The notes under the pieces: model-generated | Databases searched by the model: none | What the model saw: only the letters and a program-made list of their open reading frames with translations | Told to the model about the DNA's origin: nothing | Translations under genes and position numbers: made by a program | Shown: piece by piece, positions 38,776 to 49,600 of the stretch | How the letters are laid out: every line of letters starts with the position of its first letter | How positions within the stretch are numbered: position 1 is the stretch's first letter | Source: Collinsella sp. | Lineage (GTDB): Bacteria; Actinomycetota; Coriobacteriia; Coriobacteriales; Coriobacteriaceae | Assembly: GCA_014871745.1 (NCBI GenBank) | Contig: WGSI01000002.1 | Location: 24,615 to 88,614 of the forward strand | Length of the DNA: 64,000 nt | Direction: 5' to 3'

Positions 38776-39762
38776 ATGCCGATTAATGATCCCGAGAAGT
38801 CGGAGAATATGCGCAAGTCCATTCGCGTGTATTCCGGTTCCTCCAACCGTCCCCTCGCTCAGAAGATCGCTGAGTACCTTGGGGTCGAGCTTTCGGGCCT
38901 TACGCTAAAGCAGTTCGCCAATGGTGAGATTTACGCCCGCTACGACGAGACCGTCCGCGGCGCCGACGTCTTCCTGATTCAGTCCGTGGCCGGCGGCAAC
39001 GTCAACGACATGCTCATGGAGCTGCTCATCGCCACCGACGCTGCCAAGCGCGCATCCGCCCGCTCCATCACCGCCGTCATCACCCACTACGGCTATGCCC
39101 GCCAGGACCGCAAGGCCGGCCCGCGCGAGCCCATCACCGCCCGCCTCGTCGCCAACCTGCTCGAGCGCGCCGGCGTCAACCGCATCATCACCCTCGACCT
39201 GCACCAGGGCCAGATCCAGGGCTTCTTCGATATCCCGGTTAACCACCTGTCCGCGCTGCCGCTGTTTGGCCAGTACTACAACAACATGCACTTCGACACC
39301 GACAACCTGGTTGTCGTCTCCCCCGACGTGGGTCGCGCCAAGGCCGCCAAGAAGCTGTCCGACATGCTCGGCTGCGACCTGGCCATCGCCCACAAGGGCC
39401 GTCCGCGCCACAACGCCGCCGAGGTCATGGGCATCATCGGTGACATCAAGGGCAAGACCTGCGTCATCAACGACGACATGATCGACACCGCTGGCACCCT
39501 GTGCGCCAACGTCAAGGAGCTCAAGGCTATGGGCGCCGGCGACATCTACGTCTGCGCCACCCACGGCATCTTCTCCGGTCCGGCCATCGAGCGCCTGAAC
39601 GATGCCCCCATCGTCGAGTGCGTCGTCACCGATGCCATTCCCGTCGAGGTCGGCGGCAAGATCAAGACCATCTCGGTCGCCGAGGAGTTCGCTCAGGCCA
39701 TCTCCGCCGTTTACCACGAGGAGCCCGTCTCCACGCTCGTCGGCGGCGACTTCGCGCTGTAG
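38776..39762 (+). CDS. prs: Ribose-phosphate pyrophosphokinase
   Basis: Motifs FANGEI, YGYARQDRK, DLHQGQIQGFFD, VSPDVG and DDMIDTAGT. Confidence 0.97.
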   Translation: MPINDPEKSENMRKSIRVYSGSSNRPLAQKIAEYLGVELSGLTLKQFANGEIYARYDETVRGADVFLIQSVAGGNVNDMLMELLIATDAAKRASARSITAVITHYGYARQDRKAGPREPITARLVANLLERAGVNRIITLDLHQGQIQGFFDIPVNHLSALPLFGQYYNNMHFDTDNLVVVSPDVGRAKAAKKLSDMLGCDLAIAHKGRPRHNAAEVMGIIGDIKGKTCVINDDMIDTAGTLCANVKELKAMGAGDIYVCATHGIFSGPAIERLNDAPIVECVVTDAIPVEVGGKIKTISVAEEFAQAISAVYHEEPVSTLVGGDFAL

Positions 39763-39790
39763 TCGCATCGTCCTTGCAACCCGGCGCATC

Positions 39791-39868
39791 GCCGCCGAAA
39801 CAGAAGAAACCCCCGCGCGCCCCCTTGCTTCGCAAAGGTCGCGCGGGGGTTTCTTCTGTTTCGGCGGC
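39791..39868. repeat. Perfect 29-bp inverted repeat between prs and pth
   Basis: GCCGCCGAAACAGAAGAAACCCCCGCGCG (39791-39819) and its exact reverse complement (39840-39868). Confidence 0.9.
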
Positions 39869-39986
39869 TCGCTCTGCCGCGGCCGTGCTTTTGTCTGGTG
39901 GGATTTCGCTGAAACGAAGTCTCGCCTTCGGCGGGCGTGGTAGCCTTTGTCGTTGATTGAACTATTTGTGTAACGAAGGGACAAAT

Positions 39987-40616
39987 ATGGCAGCTGCACA
40001 GCCGCTTAAGATTCGCATGGTTGCCGGACTTGGCAACCCTGGCGATGAGTATGCCGAGACCCGCCACAACGCTGGCTTCAAAGCAATCGACGAGTTGGCC
40101 CGTCAGGCCGGTGTCACGTACTGGAAAAACCAGGCCGGCGCCGAGGTCGCGCTCATCAACATCAACGACCCCGAGGAAGAGGGCGGCAAGCGTCAGATTG
40201 TGCTGGTCAAGCCACAGTCGTACATGAATACCTCGGGCGGTCCCATCTCCAAGCTTTGCCGCGAGTACAAAATCAAGGCCGAGGAGCTACTCGTAATCCA
40301 CGATGAGCTCGATATTCCCGCCGGCGACGTACGCGTTAAGGTGGGCGGCGGCCATGCTGGCCACAACGGGCTGCGTTCCATCATCGACAAGATGGGCAGC
40401 CGCGACTTCAGCCGCATCCGCACCGGCATCGGCAACCCTCCCGGCAAGATGGCTGTCGCCGACTACGTGCTCAAGCAGCTGCGCGCCCGCGAGGCCGAGG
40501 ACTTCCAGGATACCTGCGCCCGCGCCGCAGACGCCGCCGGCCTGGCGATCGTGCACGGCGTAATCTACGCCCGCGATCACGTCAACGGCGCCGCTTCCGC
40601 CAACGGCAAGCACTAA
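39987..40616 (+). CDS. pth: Peptidyl-tRNA hydrolase
   Basis: Motifs GLGNPG..Y..TRHNAGF, KPQSYMNTSG, HDELD and GHNGLRSI. Confidence 0.97.
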   Translation: MAAAQPLKIRMVAGLGNPGDEYAETRHNAGFKAIDELARQAGVTYWKNQAGAEVALININDPEEEGGKRQIVLVKPQSYMNTSGGPISKLCREYKIKAEELLVIHDELDIPAGDVRVKVGGGHAGHNGLRSIIDKMGSRDFSRIRTGIGNPPGKMAVADYVLKQLRAREAEDFQDTCARAADAAGLAIVHGVIYARDHVNGAASANGKH

Positions 40617-40617
40617 A

Positions 40618-40817
40618 GCCTACCATTTAGGGACAGGTTTATTTTGGCAGGTTTTATCTGCGGAAACACCTCAGTTGTTGCATCGCAATCAACCGCGCGC
40701 CGACTTACACACATAGCGCCCCAAAGGGGGCCGACCTCATCACAACCCGAGGCCGGCCCCCTTTGCCGTTTTACCCGATAAAACTGACCAAAATAAACCT
40801 GCCCCTATTTGGTAGGC
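40618..40817. repeat. ~200-bp element bounded by 41-bp imperfect inverted repeats carrying GGGACAGG, with an internal hairpin at ~40722-40765
   Basis: Arms at 40618-40658 and 40777-40817. A related arm occurs at ~63617-63650. Confidence 0.7.
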
Positions 40818-40990
40818 CAAAGTGGATAAACCCTGCTCCCAACCGCCGAAGATACACGTAAGCGACATGTCCATGAGGGTATAATTTGCACCGTATGTCT
40901 GCACAACGCCTGTGCGCGTACGGTTTTATTCGGGCTACCGTCCATTTCCGTGGAGGCACGGTTCGGTCGCCCTAACAAGAGAGGGGTTCT

Positions 40991-41830
40991 ATGTATAAGA
41001 TCCTGGAGAAGACGCAGTTCTCGGAGAAGGTGTTCAAGTTCCGCATCGAGGCGCCCGCAATCGCCAAGCATGCGCACGCTGGACAGTTCCTCATGGTTCG
41101 CGCCAATGAGACGGGCGAGCGTGTCCCGTTTACCCTGGCCGGCTGGAACGGTGACGAGGGCTGGGTCGAGTTCATCTTCATGGTGATCGGCAAGACCACC
41201 GAGATGCTTTCCACCTACGAGGCCGGCGAGTCGCTGCGCGACGTCGTGGGCCCGCTGGGCGTTCCCACCGAGATGGCTGAGGGCCCCTGCGCCGTCATTG
41301 GCGGCGGCGTCGGCCTGGCAATTGCCTTCCCGGTCGCCAAGCACCTGGTCGAGACCGGTCACGAGGTGCACGCCATCATGGGCGCCCGCACCAAGGACCT
41401 CCTACTCATGGAGGATCAGTTCCGCGAGCTCCTCGACGAGGACCACATCCACATCACCACTGACGACGGTTCCTACGGCGAGCAGGGCGTTGTCACCGCT
41501 CCGCTGGAGCGTCTGCTGCAGGACAAGGCCGTGAGCCAGGTCTTCTGCGTCGGCCCCGTTCCGATGATGAAGTTCTCGACCCTCACCGCCCAGAAGTACG
41601 ACACCCCCATCACCGCGTCGCTCAACCCCATCATGGTTGACGGCACCGGTATGTGCGGCTGCTGCCGCGTCGAGGTGGGCGGCGTGACCAAGTTCGCTTG
41701 CGTCGACGGCCCCGACTTCGATGCCACCCTGGTCGACTGGGATGACCTTCGTGCCCGCCAGGCCGCTTACCGTTCCGAAGAGGGCGAGTCCCTCAAGGCC
41801 TATGAGGAAAAGAGCTGCGCATGCCACTAG
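40991..41830 (+). CDS. nfnA: NADH-dependent reduced ferredoxin:NADP+ oxidoreductase small subunit (NfnA/SudB)
   Basis: AGQFLMVR, ERVPFT, GGGVG and the [2Fe-2S] motif MVDGTGMCGCCRV...CVDGPDFD. Confidence 0.9.
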   Translation: MYKILEKTQFSEKVFKFRIEAPAIAKHAHAGQFLMVRANETGERVPFTLAGWNGDEGWVEFIFMVIGKTTEMLSTYEAGESLRDVVGPLGVPTEMAEGPCAVIGGGVGLAIAFPVAKHLVETGHEVHAIMGARTKDLLLMEDQFRELLDEDHIHITTDDGSYGEQGVVTAPLERLLQDKAVSQVFCVGPVPMMKFSTLTAQKYDTPITASLNPIMVDGTGMCGCCRVEVGGVTKFACVDGPDFDATLVDWDDLRARQAAYRSEEGESLKAYEEKSCACH

Positions 41831-43230
41831 TTAACGGTCGTTTCGTTGCCGATATGAAGTCGCCCCGCACCCCCGATAACGAGGAGCCGGCTGCCGAGCG
41901 CGCCTGCGACTTCCGCCCCGTCGACAAGGGCTTCACCGAGGAGATGGCGCTGGCCGAGGCCGAGCGCTGCCTCAACTGCAAGAAGCCGTTCTGTGTCGAG
42001 GGCTGCCCCGTCAACATCAACATCCCCCGCTTTATCGAGCAGATCCGCGAGAAGGACTTCGGCGGCGCCCTCGATACCATCCGCGAGGATTCCATGCTTC
42101 CCGCTATCTGCGGCCGCGTCTGCCCGCAGGAGAACCAGTGCGAGGGCAAGTGCATCCGTGGTAAGAAGTCCGAGCCCGTGGCCATCGGCCAGCTCGAGCG
42201 CTTCCTGGGTGACCGCCCCGAGCTCGCCTCCACGCCCAAGATGGCCCCCAAGAACGGCAAGAAGGTCGCCGTCGTCGGCTCTGGCCCGTCCGGCATCACC
42301 TGCGCCGGCGAGCTCGCCCGCAACGGCTTTGACGTCACCGTCTTTGAGGCCTTCTTTACCGGCGGCGGCGTGCTGGTCTACGGCATCCCCGAGTTCCGTC
42401 TGCCCAAGGCAGTCGTCAAGCGCGAGATTGACGGCCTGGAGGACATGGGCGTCAAGTTTGAGTACAACTCCGTCGTGGGCAACATGGCCACGGCCGAGGA
42501 GCTGTTCGAGCAGGGCTTCGACGCCATCTACGTGGCGACCGGCGCAGGCCTGCCCAAGTTCCTCAACGTCCCCGGCGAGAACCTGCCCAACGTCTTCTTC
42601 GCGAACGAGTACCTCACCCGCGTGAACCTGATGAAGGCCAACAAGTTCCCCGAGTACGACACCCCCACCAAGCACGGCAAGAACGTCGTCGTCTTTGGTG
42701 GCGGCAACGTGGCTATGGACGCCGTCCGTACCGCCAAGCGTCTGGGCGCCGAGCACGCCATCATCGCCTACCGTCGTACCGAGGACGAGATGCCCTGCCG
42801 TCGCGCCGAGCTGCACCATGCTAAGGCCGAGGGCGTCGAGGTTCTGCCGCTCGTCTCCCCGCTCGAGTTTGTCGCCGGCGAGGACGGCTCCGTGTGTGCC
42901 GTCAAGGTCCAGAAGATGGAGCTCGGCGAGCCCGACGAGTCTGGCCGCCGTCGTCCGGTGCCCATCGAGGGCGCCATCGAGGAGATCCCCTGCGACGTCG
43001 CGATCTCGGCTATCGGCACCAACGCCAACCCCTTCGCTGCCAAGATCGGCGGCAAGATGGAGCTCAACAAGTGGGGCTACATCGTCGCCGACGAGGAGAC
43101 CGGCCAGACCACCGATCCCCGCATCTGGGCCGGCGGCGACATCGTCACCGGTGCCGCTACGGTCATTCTGGCGATGGGCGCCGGCAAGAAGGCCGCCGCT
43201 TCGATCACCAAGAGCCTGCTGGGCGAGTAA
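41821..43230 (+). CDS. nfnB: NfnB/SudA large subunit (GltD-like)
   Basis: EAERCLNC...CVEGCP, CGRVCPQENQCE, GSGPSG, YGIPEFRLPK, GGGNVAMD and GGDIVTGAATV. Overlaps the end of nfnA. Confidence 0.9.
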   Translation: MPLVNGRFVADMKSPRTPDNEEPAAERACDFRPVDKGFTEEMALAEAERCLNCKKPFCVEGCPVNINIPRFIEQIREKDFGGALDTIREDSMLPAICGRVCPQENQCEGKCIRGKKSEPVAIGQLERFLGDRPELASTPKMAPKNGKKVAVVGSGPSGITCAGELARNGFDVTVFEAFFTGGGVLVYGIPEFRLPKAVVKREIDGLEDMGVKFEYNSVVGNMATAEELFEQGFDAIYVATGAGLPKFLNVPGENLPNVFFANEYLTRVNLMKANKFPEYDTPTKHGKNVVVFGGGNVAMDAVRTAKRLGAEHAIIAYRRTEDEMPCRRAELHHAKAEGVEVLPLVSPLEFVAGEDGSVCAVKVQKMELGEPDESGRRRPVPIEGAIEEIPCDVAISAIGTNANPFAAKIGGKMELNKWGYIVADEETGQTTDPRIWAGGDIVTGAATVILAMGAGKKAAASITKSLLGE

Positions 43231-43258
43231 TCACCTGCAGCGCTAGCCACCAAACGGC

Positions 43259-43296
43259 AAAGTCCCCGTCGAGCACACGCCCGGCGGGGACTTTTT
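43259..43296 (+). terminator. Terminator after nfnB
   Basis: AAAGTCCCCG...CGGGGACTTTTT hairpin with a U-tail. Confidence 0.75.
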
Positions 43297-43312
43297 CTAT
43301 GCCGGCCGCCCG

Positions 43313-43347
43313 ACCACCACGATGGGGACAGGCACCTTTGTGGTGGT
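43313..43347. repeat. GGGAC-tagged hairpin (ACCACCAC subtype)
   Basis: ACCACCACGAT + GGGGACAGGCACC + TTTGTGGTGGT. Near-identical copies at 50326, 52566 and 54180. Confidence 0.9.
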
Positions 43348-43370
43348 TTGAGGCTTGGTCGGTCGTTTTG

Positions 43371-43586
43371 TCTCAATCTGTAACACCTGGAGCCCGTTGA
43401 GCTTCGTAGTTGTTACAGATCGAGACCTTGCGCCAGCCGCCTCCGCTTTGTCTCAATCTGTAACAGTTAGAGACCAAATTCCCCGCTACGTGTTACAGAT
43501 CGAGACATTAGATTGGCGGCCGAGTAGTTCATCTCAATCTGTAACATCTAGAGCCGTTTTGGGCAGCTTGGTGTTACAGATTGAGA
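43371..43586. repeat. Array of 6 alternating inverted 15-mers with 25-26-bp spacers
   Basis: Copies start at 43371, 43411, 43451, 43491, 43532 and 43572. Confidence 0.95.
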
Positions 43587-43623
43587 TCTTGCAAAAGCCG
43601 AGAATGGGCGTTGTCGCCAAAAC

Positions 43624-46600
43624 CTAACGCTTGCGACGCTTGGTCGCGGCGATGCCGGCCGCGGCAACGGTTGCGCCGGCGATGCTCAGAGCAGCGACCG
43701 TCATCGCGGCGGAGTCACCCGTGCTGGCAAGCTCCGTGCCGCCGGACTTCTTGCCGTTCTCGCCCTTACCCTTGGACTTGTCCGTCGTCACCGTAGTCGT
43801 CGTCGAAGTCGAACTGCCCGCAGGGACCCCGGCGCCACCAGAGCCATCCGTACCGCCACCCTGCTCGCCGCCGTCAGGCGTCGGCTCGGGCGTCGGGTCC
43901 GGATCGGGCGTCGGCTCAGGCACCGCCTCATCGGTCACAGTAATCGTAATGTTCAGACGCTCGGAATACTCGCTGTACGACATGCCAGGGCGCTGTGCCG
44001 CAATGCGCACATACATGTTGCTATCGAGCGCAATAGGCTCGGTGTACTTTACGCGGCCTTCGTCACGGCAGGGGCAGGTGTCGTTGGTGGTGTACCAAAT
44101 CGTCGTGCCATCCTCGGCCGAAAGCTCCAGCTTCGTGCCCTTGGGCACCGTAATGTAGTTCTCCTTGGGCGACCATGCACCAAACGTCGTCGCACCAATC
44201 GTCGCCACCGGTCGCGCCGGTCGCACTGCCTCGGCAGACACGCGAACGTCGACCTGCTTGGACAGCGCCGTGTCATCCACCGTCGCCGTCAACGTCGTCA
44301 AACCGGGCAGAGCACCATGCAGCACAAACGTCGCCGCACCGTCCTCGCCCGTCACGGCCTGGGTGGCATCGACAGAGCAGATAGCCGAGGACTCCAGCCC
44401 AACACTAACCTTGGCGCCCGCAAACGGCTTGCCCGCCTTATCGGTCACGTGTGCCACCAGCTCAAAGTCACCGCCATCAAGCATGGTCACGGCCTGCTCC
44501 ACGTTGAGCTTGAGCTTGTCGGCACGAACGCCCACGACAAGCTCGCCACTTGCCCAGCGCGCCATGGCCGTGCCGGCGTAGTTGCGAGCACCGTCGAGCT
44601 CAAACGCCACCGTTGAGCCCGCCTCACACGCATCGGCATAGCGAATACGCAGCACGCGCGACAGCGGCTTGCCATTGGAATCGTCCTGCTTGTCGAGCCA
44701 CGCATACGTCACGTCGCCCAAGCCCTGCACACACAATGCGGCCAGGGTACCGTCACTCGCATCCATATACTGCGCAAACTCAACCTCGACGCAATCGGTA
44801 TAGGCATGGGCCGAAACCACCTCGGGCGCCGCCGTCGACACCAAGCCAATGTTCACCTCAGTCTGAATCGGCGGCACGCGCAGCCAAGCCGAACGCGCCT
44901 CCTCATACCCGTCCCTGGTCACGCGCACCTGATACCAGCCGGTCGGCGTATTCCAGTTGTACGCACCGTCCGCACCCGTTGCAAGCGGATTGTCCTGCTC
45001 ATACTCCTCGGCATCCCAACGCACTGCATTGGTACCGGCCGCATCGTCGGCGCTCCACAGCTCAACCGTCGCGCCTTCAACCGTATTGGACAGTAGGCCC
45101 TCGTACACCACGCCCGCAGGGTCGGGTGCAGCCTTGGCGGCCACATTGCGATAACGCGCCTCAAAAATCGACTGCATCTTCTCGTCCGAGATCAAGCCGT
45201 CCTTGTTGGCCTTGTAGACCTCGGCATCGGTCAGCTCGCCCCAGTTGACCGTAATACGATTCTGGCACGCGCGCTCCACCTGCTCGCAGGCAACATCGTA
45301 GGCGCATTCGGCATTGGTCAGCTTAATCGCGCGCTCCGAACCTACGCTGGTCGAAGCCGCGTCATAGGCAGCGCCCACCACGGTACCCGCCGAACCGGCC
45401 GTCAGCACGCCGGCGATTGTCATAATGGAGCCCACCGCCACATCGGTGCTATCGTGGCAGAGCTGGCGATACAGCAGATTCTCAAACGCACGCGCCTTCT
45501 CCATGGCATCGCGCAGCGCGTAAATGCACTTCCAGTCGTCCTCGGTCTTCTCGGGCTTGGCAAGCAAGCGCGTATGCTGAAGCTCATAGCCCTCGCGCTC
45601 GCCCTTCACCTTCTGCATACGGACGTTCACGTTCTCCCAGTTCTTGCTGGCATCGTTCACGCCGTAAATGCCGGTAAAGATGCCGATGCCCTGGGTCGCC
45701 GCGGGAAACGCCTGGCCGGCCGCCTTCCACGCATCGGTCTTAAAGACCTGTCCGAACATCTCGCACTCGATCTTATAGCTCTTGAGCGAACGAATCGTGC
45801 GGATGAGCTTCATATGGGCGCTCACGTCGCCGTTGCGCTTCCAGGCCATGAGCCATCCGCGCACCTTGGAGTTGTTGAGGCTATGGACCACATTCCAGTT
45901 GTCGTACAGGTTGTCCAGAATGTCGCACTGCATGGCGATCGAGTTAAACAGAAGCGCCTGGTTCTTGTTGTTATTGGAGTTCTCGATAAACTCCGACTCG
46001 ATATAGGCCGTCTGCTCGCCATCGGGCGCGGCGACCTTAAAGCCCTTGACGATATCGTCGTCAGCCGCCTTGTAGCTCAGTGAGCTGCCGAGCGCCTGGC
46101 CCAAATCGTTAAACCCGCTCGTCGACTGGCCGTTGTACTCGCTGGCCTTAATGCCCGCACACTTGTTGAGCGCCGCAGCGGTTGCGTCATTCCAGCTTCC
46201 GTATTGGTTGAGCTGGCCGATACCCATCGACTGGCCCACCAGATCCTCGGCCTGCTGGGCAATAAACTCCGCTCGCGATGCATGGTCGACGAGCTCCTTG
46301 ATGGCGGCCGCATCCGCAGCGTTCGCGCCCTGGGCCGCCGCGAGTTCCTGATACCAATCCTCGCTGGTGCCGTAAGCATCCTCAAAGATCATCTTGTCCA
46401 CATTGACGCCATAGCTGTCGCCCTGCTGGGTCAGCAGCGCCGACGACCCGCCGACCGCGGCTTTGAGCTCAGCCGCAAACTGCGCGGCCTCGTCGTTGCC
46501 AGCACCATCACCCTCGCCGGCGCGGGCGGCAGGGGCGCGACGAGCCTTACGCGCAGCTCCACCTTGGGCTTCGTCCTCTTTACCGTCCTTGTCCTCTTCG

Positions 46601-49600
46601 GCAAACGCATCGGCGACCATCTGGTCAATCGCGTCGTTAAAGGCCTCGTCGACATCATTAAACGAGTTATCCATCATATACTCGTGCCACTGCTGCACGG
46701 CATTCGAGAACTCCTGCTGGCGCTCCTCGGCCGCGGCGGAATGCTTTTTGGCCGAAGCTTTGGCGTCAAAACTCAGCATGGTCATAAGCTGGGCATTGGA
46801 GATGCGGTAGGTCTGCGGCATAAAGATTTGCTCAAAGTTGCCGCAGTTCACATAGGTCGAGTCATTCGCCTTGTTAAACTCGTCGAGCAGCTTAAGGTAA
46901 CCCTCGTCCACATACTCCGCGACATAGCGCACACGGGTACCCTCGCGCGACTTTTGAGTCAGAGGAATCGTCACCGTCTTGCCATCCACGCAGTCCACGT
47001 ACAGGTCGAGCGTGTCGGCGGCCTCTTCGTTTCCCACCTCGAGCGTGATATCGAACGTCCAGTAGGCGTTCTTCTTTTGCGGCAGATGATGGAAGGTCCA
47101 CAGACTCTTGCCGGTGTCCTTGCCATCCTTGACCAGGTTTTGCGTACCGCCACGATACGTCACATCAAAGTTCCAGACCGAAGCGCCCGGAACATAGCGC
47201 ACATAGTTGCGAGCCGTCACCTCTGCGGCAGCGGCGGCGACATCGGTCGAGCCCACGCGCGCCTCGAGCGTCACACGCTCGGCGGCAAGCGTATCCTGCG
47301 GCAGGTCGTATTCAATCTTGGCACGACCGAGTTTATTGGTCTTGCCGGTGTACTTTGCAGCCGACGAGCCCGTCCCCACGGTGAGCTGCACGCTCTTGCC
47401 CGGCACTGCATAAACGTAGGCCACATTGCCCAGCAGGCTGTGAACGTCGGTGTTGTCGACCTCGATGCGCGATCCACTAACCTCGAGTGTGGTGCTTCCC
47501 AGCGGCAATGTCACCTCGCCCAGCGTAATGAGCGGCGAGACGGCATAGATGCCCGCGGCCTTAGGCTTAAAGCGCACAAACACATCGGCGCCCATGCCCT
47601 TCTTCATATTGAGAACGAGGTTGTCGCCCTCCCAAGTTGTGTTAGCCCACATGGCATCGGAGCAGGCGCCGGCTTCGCGAGCGCCTGCGGACACATCCTC
47701 GACGGCATCCTTGGCCAGCGGAATCTCAATCTTGGCAGCCTGGCTGTCCTTGAGCTCGTAATGAATGCGCAGCTCGGGCTCCGCGCCAACGACCGCGGAC
47801 GAATCAGCGATAACCGAGCCCGCCGTCAGCCCGCGCTCGGCACGATACGTCTCCACGTCAAACGTGGGGACGTCGAGCGTCACGTCGAGCTGCTTGCCGT
47901 CCTCAATCTTCACCTGCTTTTGCGCGATATGCTTACCCACGGTCAGCCCTAGGCGGCTAAACGTGGAATAGCTCGTCGCTTGGATGTCGTAGCTCGTCTT
48001 GTTAAAGGCGACGATGGTGTACGAACCGGCCTTAAGGCGCGGCGTCTCGGCCTTCATGATAGGCGTGGTGCCATCGTCTTCGTAACCCATCAGATAGGTG
48101 ACGCCGTCGGCGACCAGCTTGCCGTCGGACGTACGGAACACCAGCACGCGGTTAGCGCCCTGGTAGTCGCCCTTGGTCGCGACCGTCGCCGTGCCCCAGG
48201 GCTTCAAGTCGATATCGACCTTGCCGGCCGAGGGCTTCACCGTCGCCGTCGCCCCACCCAGCTTGAGGCTGTCTTTGGGCTCGAGCGTTATCTCCAGATC
48301 CTGGTCCGCGTCGGCAATGGCCTGCGACACCACGAGCGCTGTGCCCTGGATACGGAAGTCGTTTTCCTTGTCACCCTTGGCAGGCTTAAGCGTCTTGCCG
48401 CCGCTCTTCACCGTCAGATCGATGTTATCGAGACTATCGAGCTCAATGCGTTCGGTCTTATCCTGGCCCACAATCGGTTCAAGATAGCCCACGTTGAGCT
48501 CAATCGCGCGCGAAGCCGGAATCTTGGTAAAGTCCTCAGCCTTAATCTCTCCGATATTCCATGTGCCCGTCATCTGGTCGCCCGGGCGCGCCAGCACCAT
48601 GTCATAGTAACCGCTGAGCGAAATGCGCAGGGTGGCTGCTGTCTTGGAGAGAGCGTCCGCTGTAAAGCTGCCGTCATCGCCAACCGCCAGCGGCGTGGAC
48701 TGCCCCGCCTGCACGAGTGTAGCCGTCGCGCTCTGGGGAAGTTTGCCCGTCACCTGGGCCGCCTCGCCCATCCACTCAAACGTGTAGGCAGGCTTCGAGG
48801 AATCGACGGAGTCCTTGCGATCGGCCACGGCATCGGCAAGCTTTTTGACCATCGAGGGGTTGCCAGCCGAATCGGTCGCATAGGCATAGATGGTCTGGCC
48901 TTCACCAAAGGGAATCGCATACGTTACGCCATCGATTGTCACGCGCTCATTATAGTCGCCCGGATAGCCCGCCTCACCAAACTGAAGATCGGGGTTCATC
49001 ACGCGCAGGGCAACGGCATTATGGTTCGTCTCGTTTCCGTATCTCGTGTTCTCAAAAGCTCCCCACTCTATCATTTCCACGCTTTTGGGTAGCACAATCT
49101 CTTTGCCGGCAATCGCAGGATCAAGAGAGGCGAACGCGAGCGCCCCGATAGATTTGACACCATCGCCAATCGTCACCGACGACACAAAGGAGCACCCGTC
49201 AAAGGCATTGCGCTCAATCCGCTCCACCGTGCCCGGCACATTGATCTGCGTAAAGGTGAGCACTGTTGTGTCCGAGACATAGAACTGTGGCACGCCGCAA
49301 TAGGCGAATGCAAGATAGTCGATAGTTTTGACCGAAGGCGGCAGCGTTGCCACCACCTTGTCGTCAAGTTGTTCACATTCCTTAAAGGCCTGCTCGGGAA
49401 TCGTGGTAAAGGCCGCGTTGTTGGGCCAGGTTACCGTTTGGAGCGTCTTGCTTTTGTAGAATGCATAGCTCTTGAGCTCCTCGACCGAATCGGGCAGTGC
49501 GATCTCTTTGATGCTGCTGCCGCCCAAGCCTCCAACCGAGCGGACATGCGAATTAGGGGCGAAGGTGATCGATGTGAGCGCAGCGCTTCCCATACCCGTA

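Noticed and set aside
41821..43230. Glutamate synthase small subunit (gltD)
   Set aside because: There is no gltB nearby, and the gene is coupled to an NfnA/SudB-type gene.
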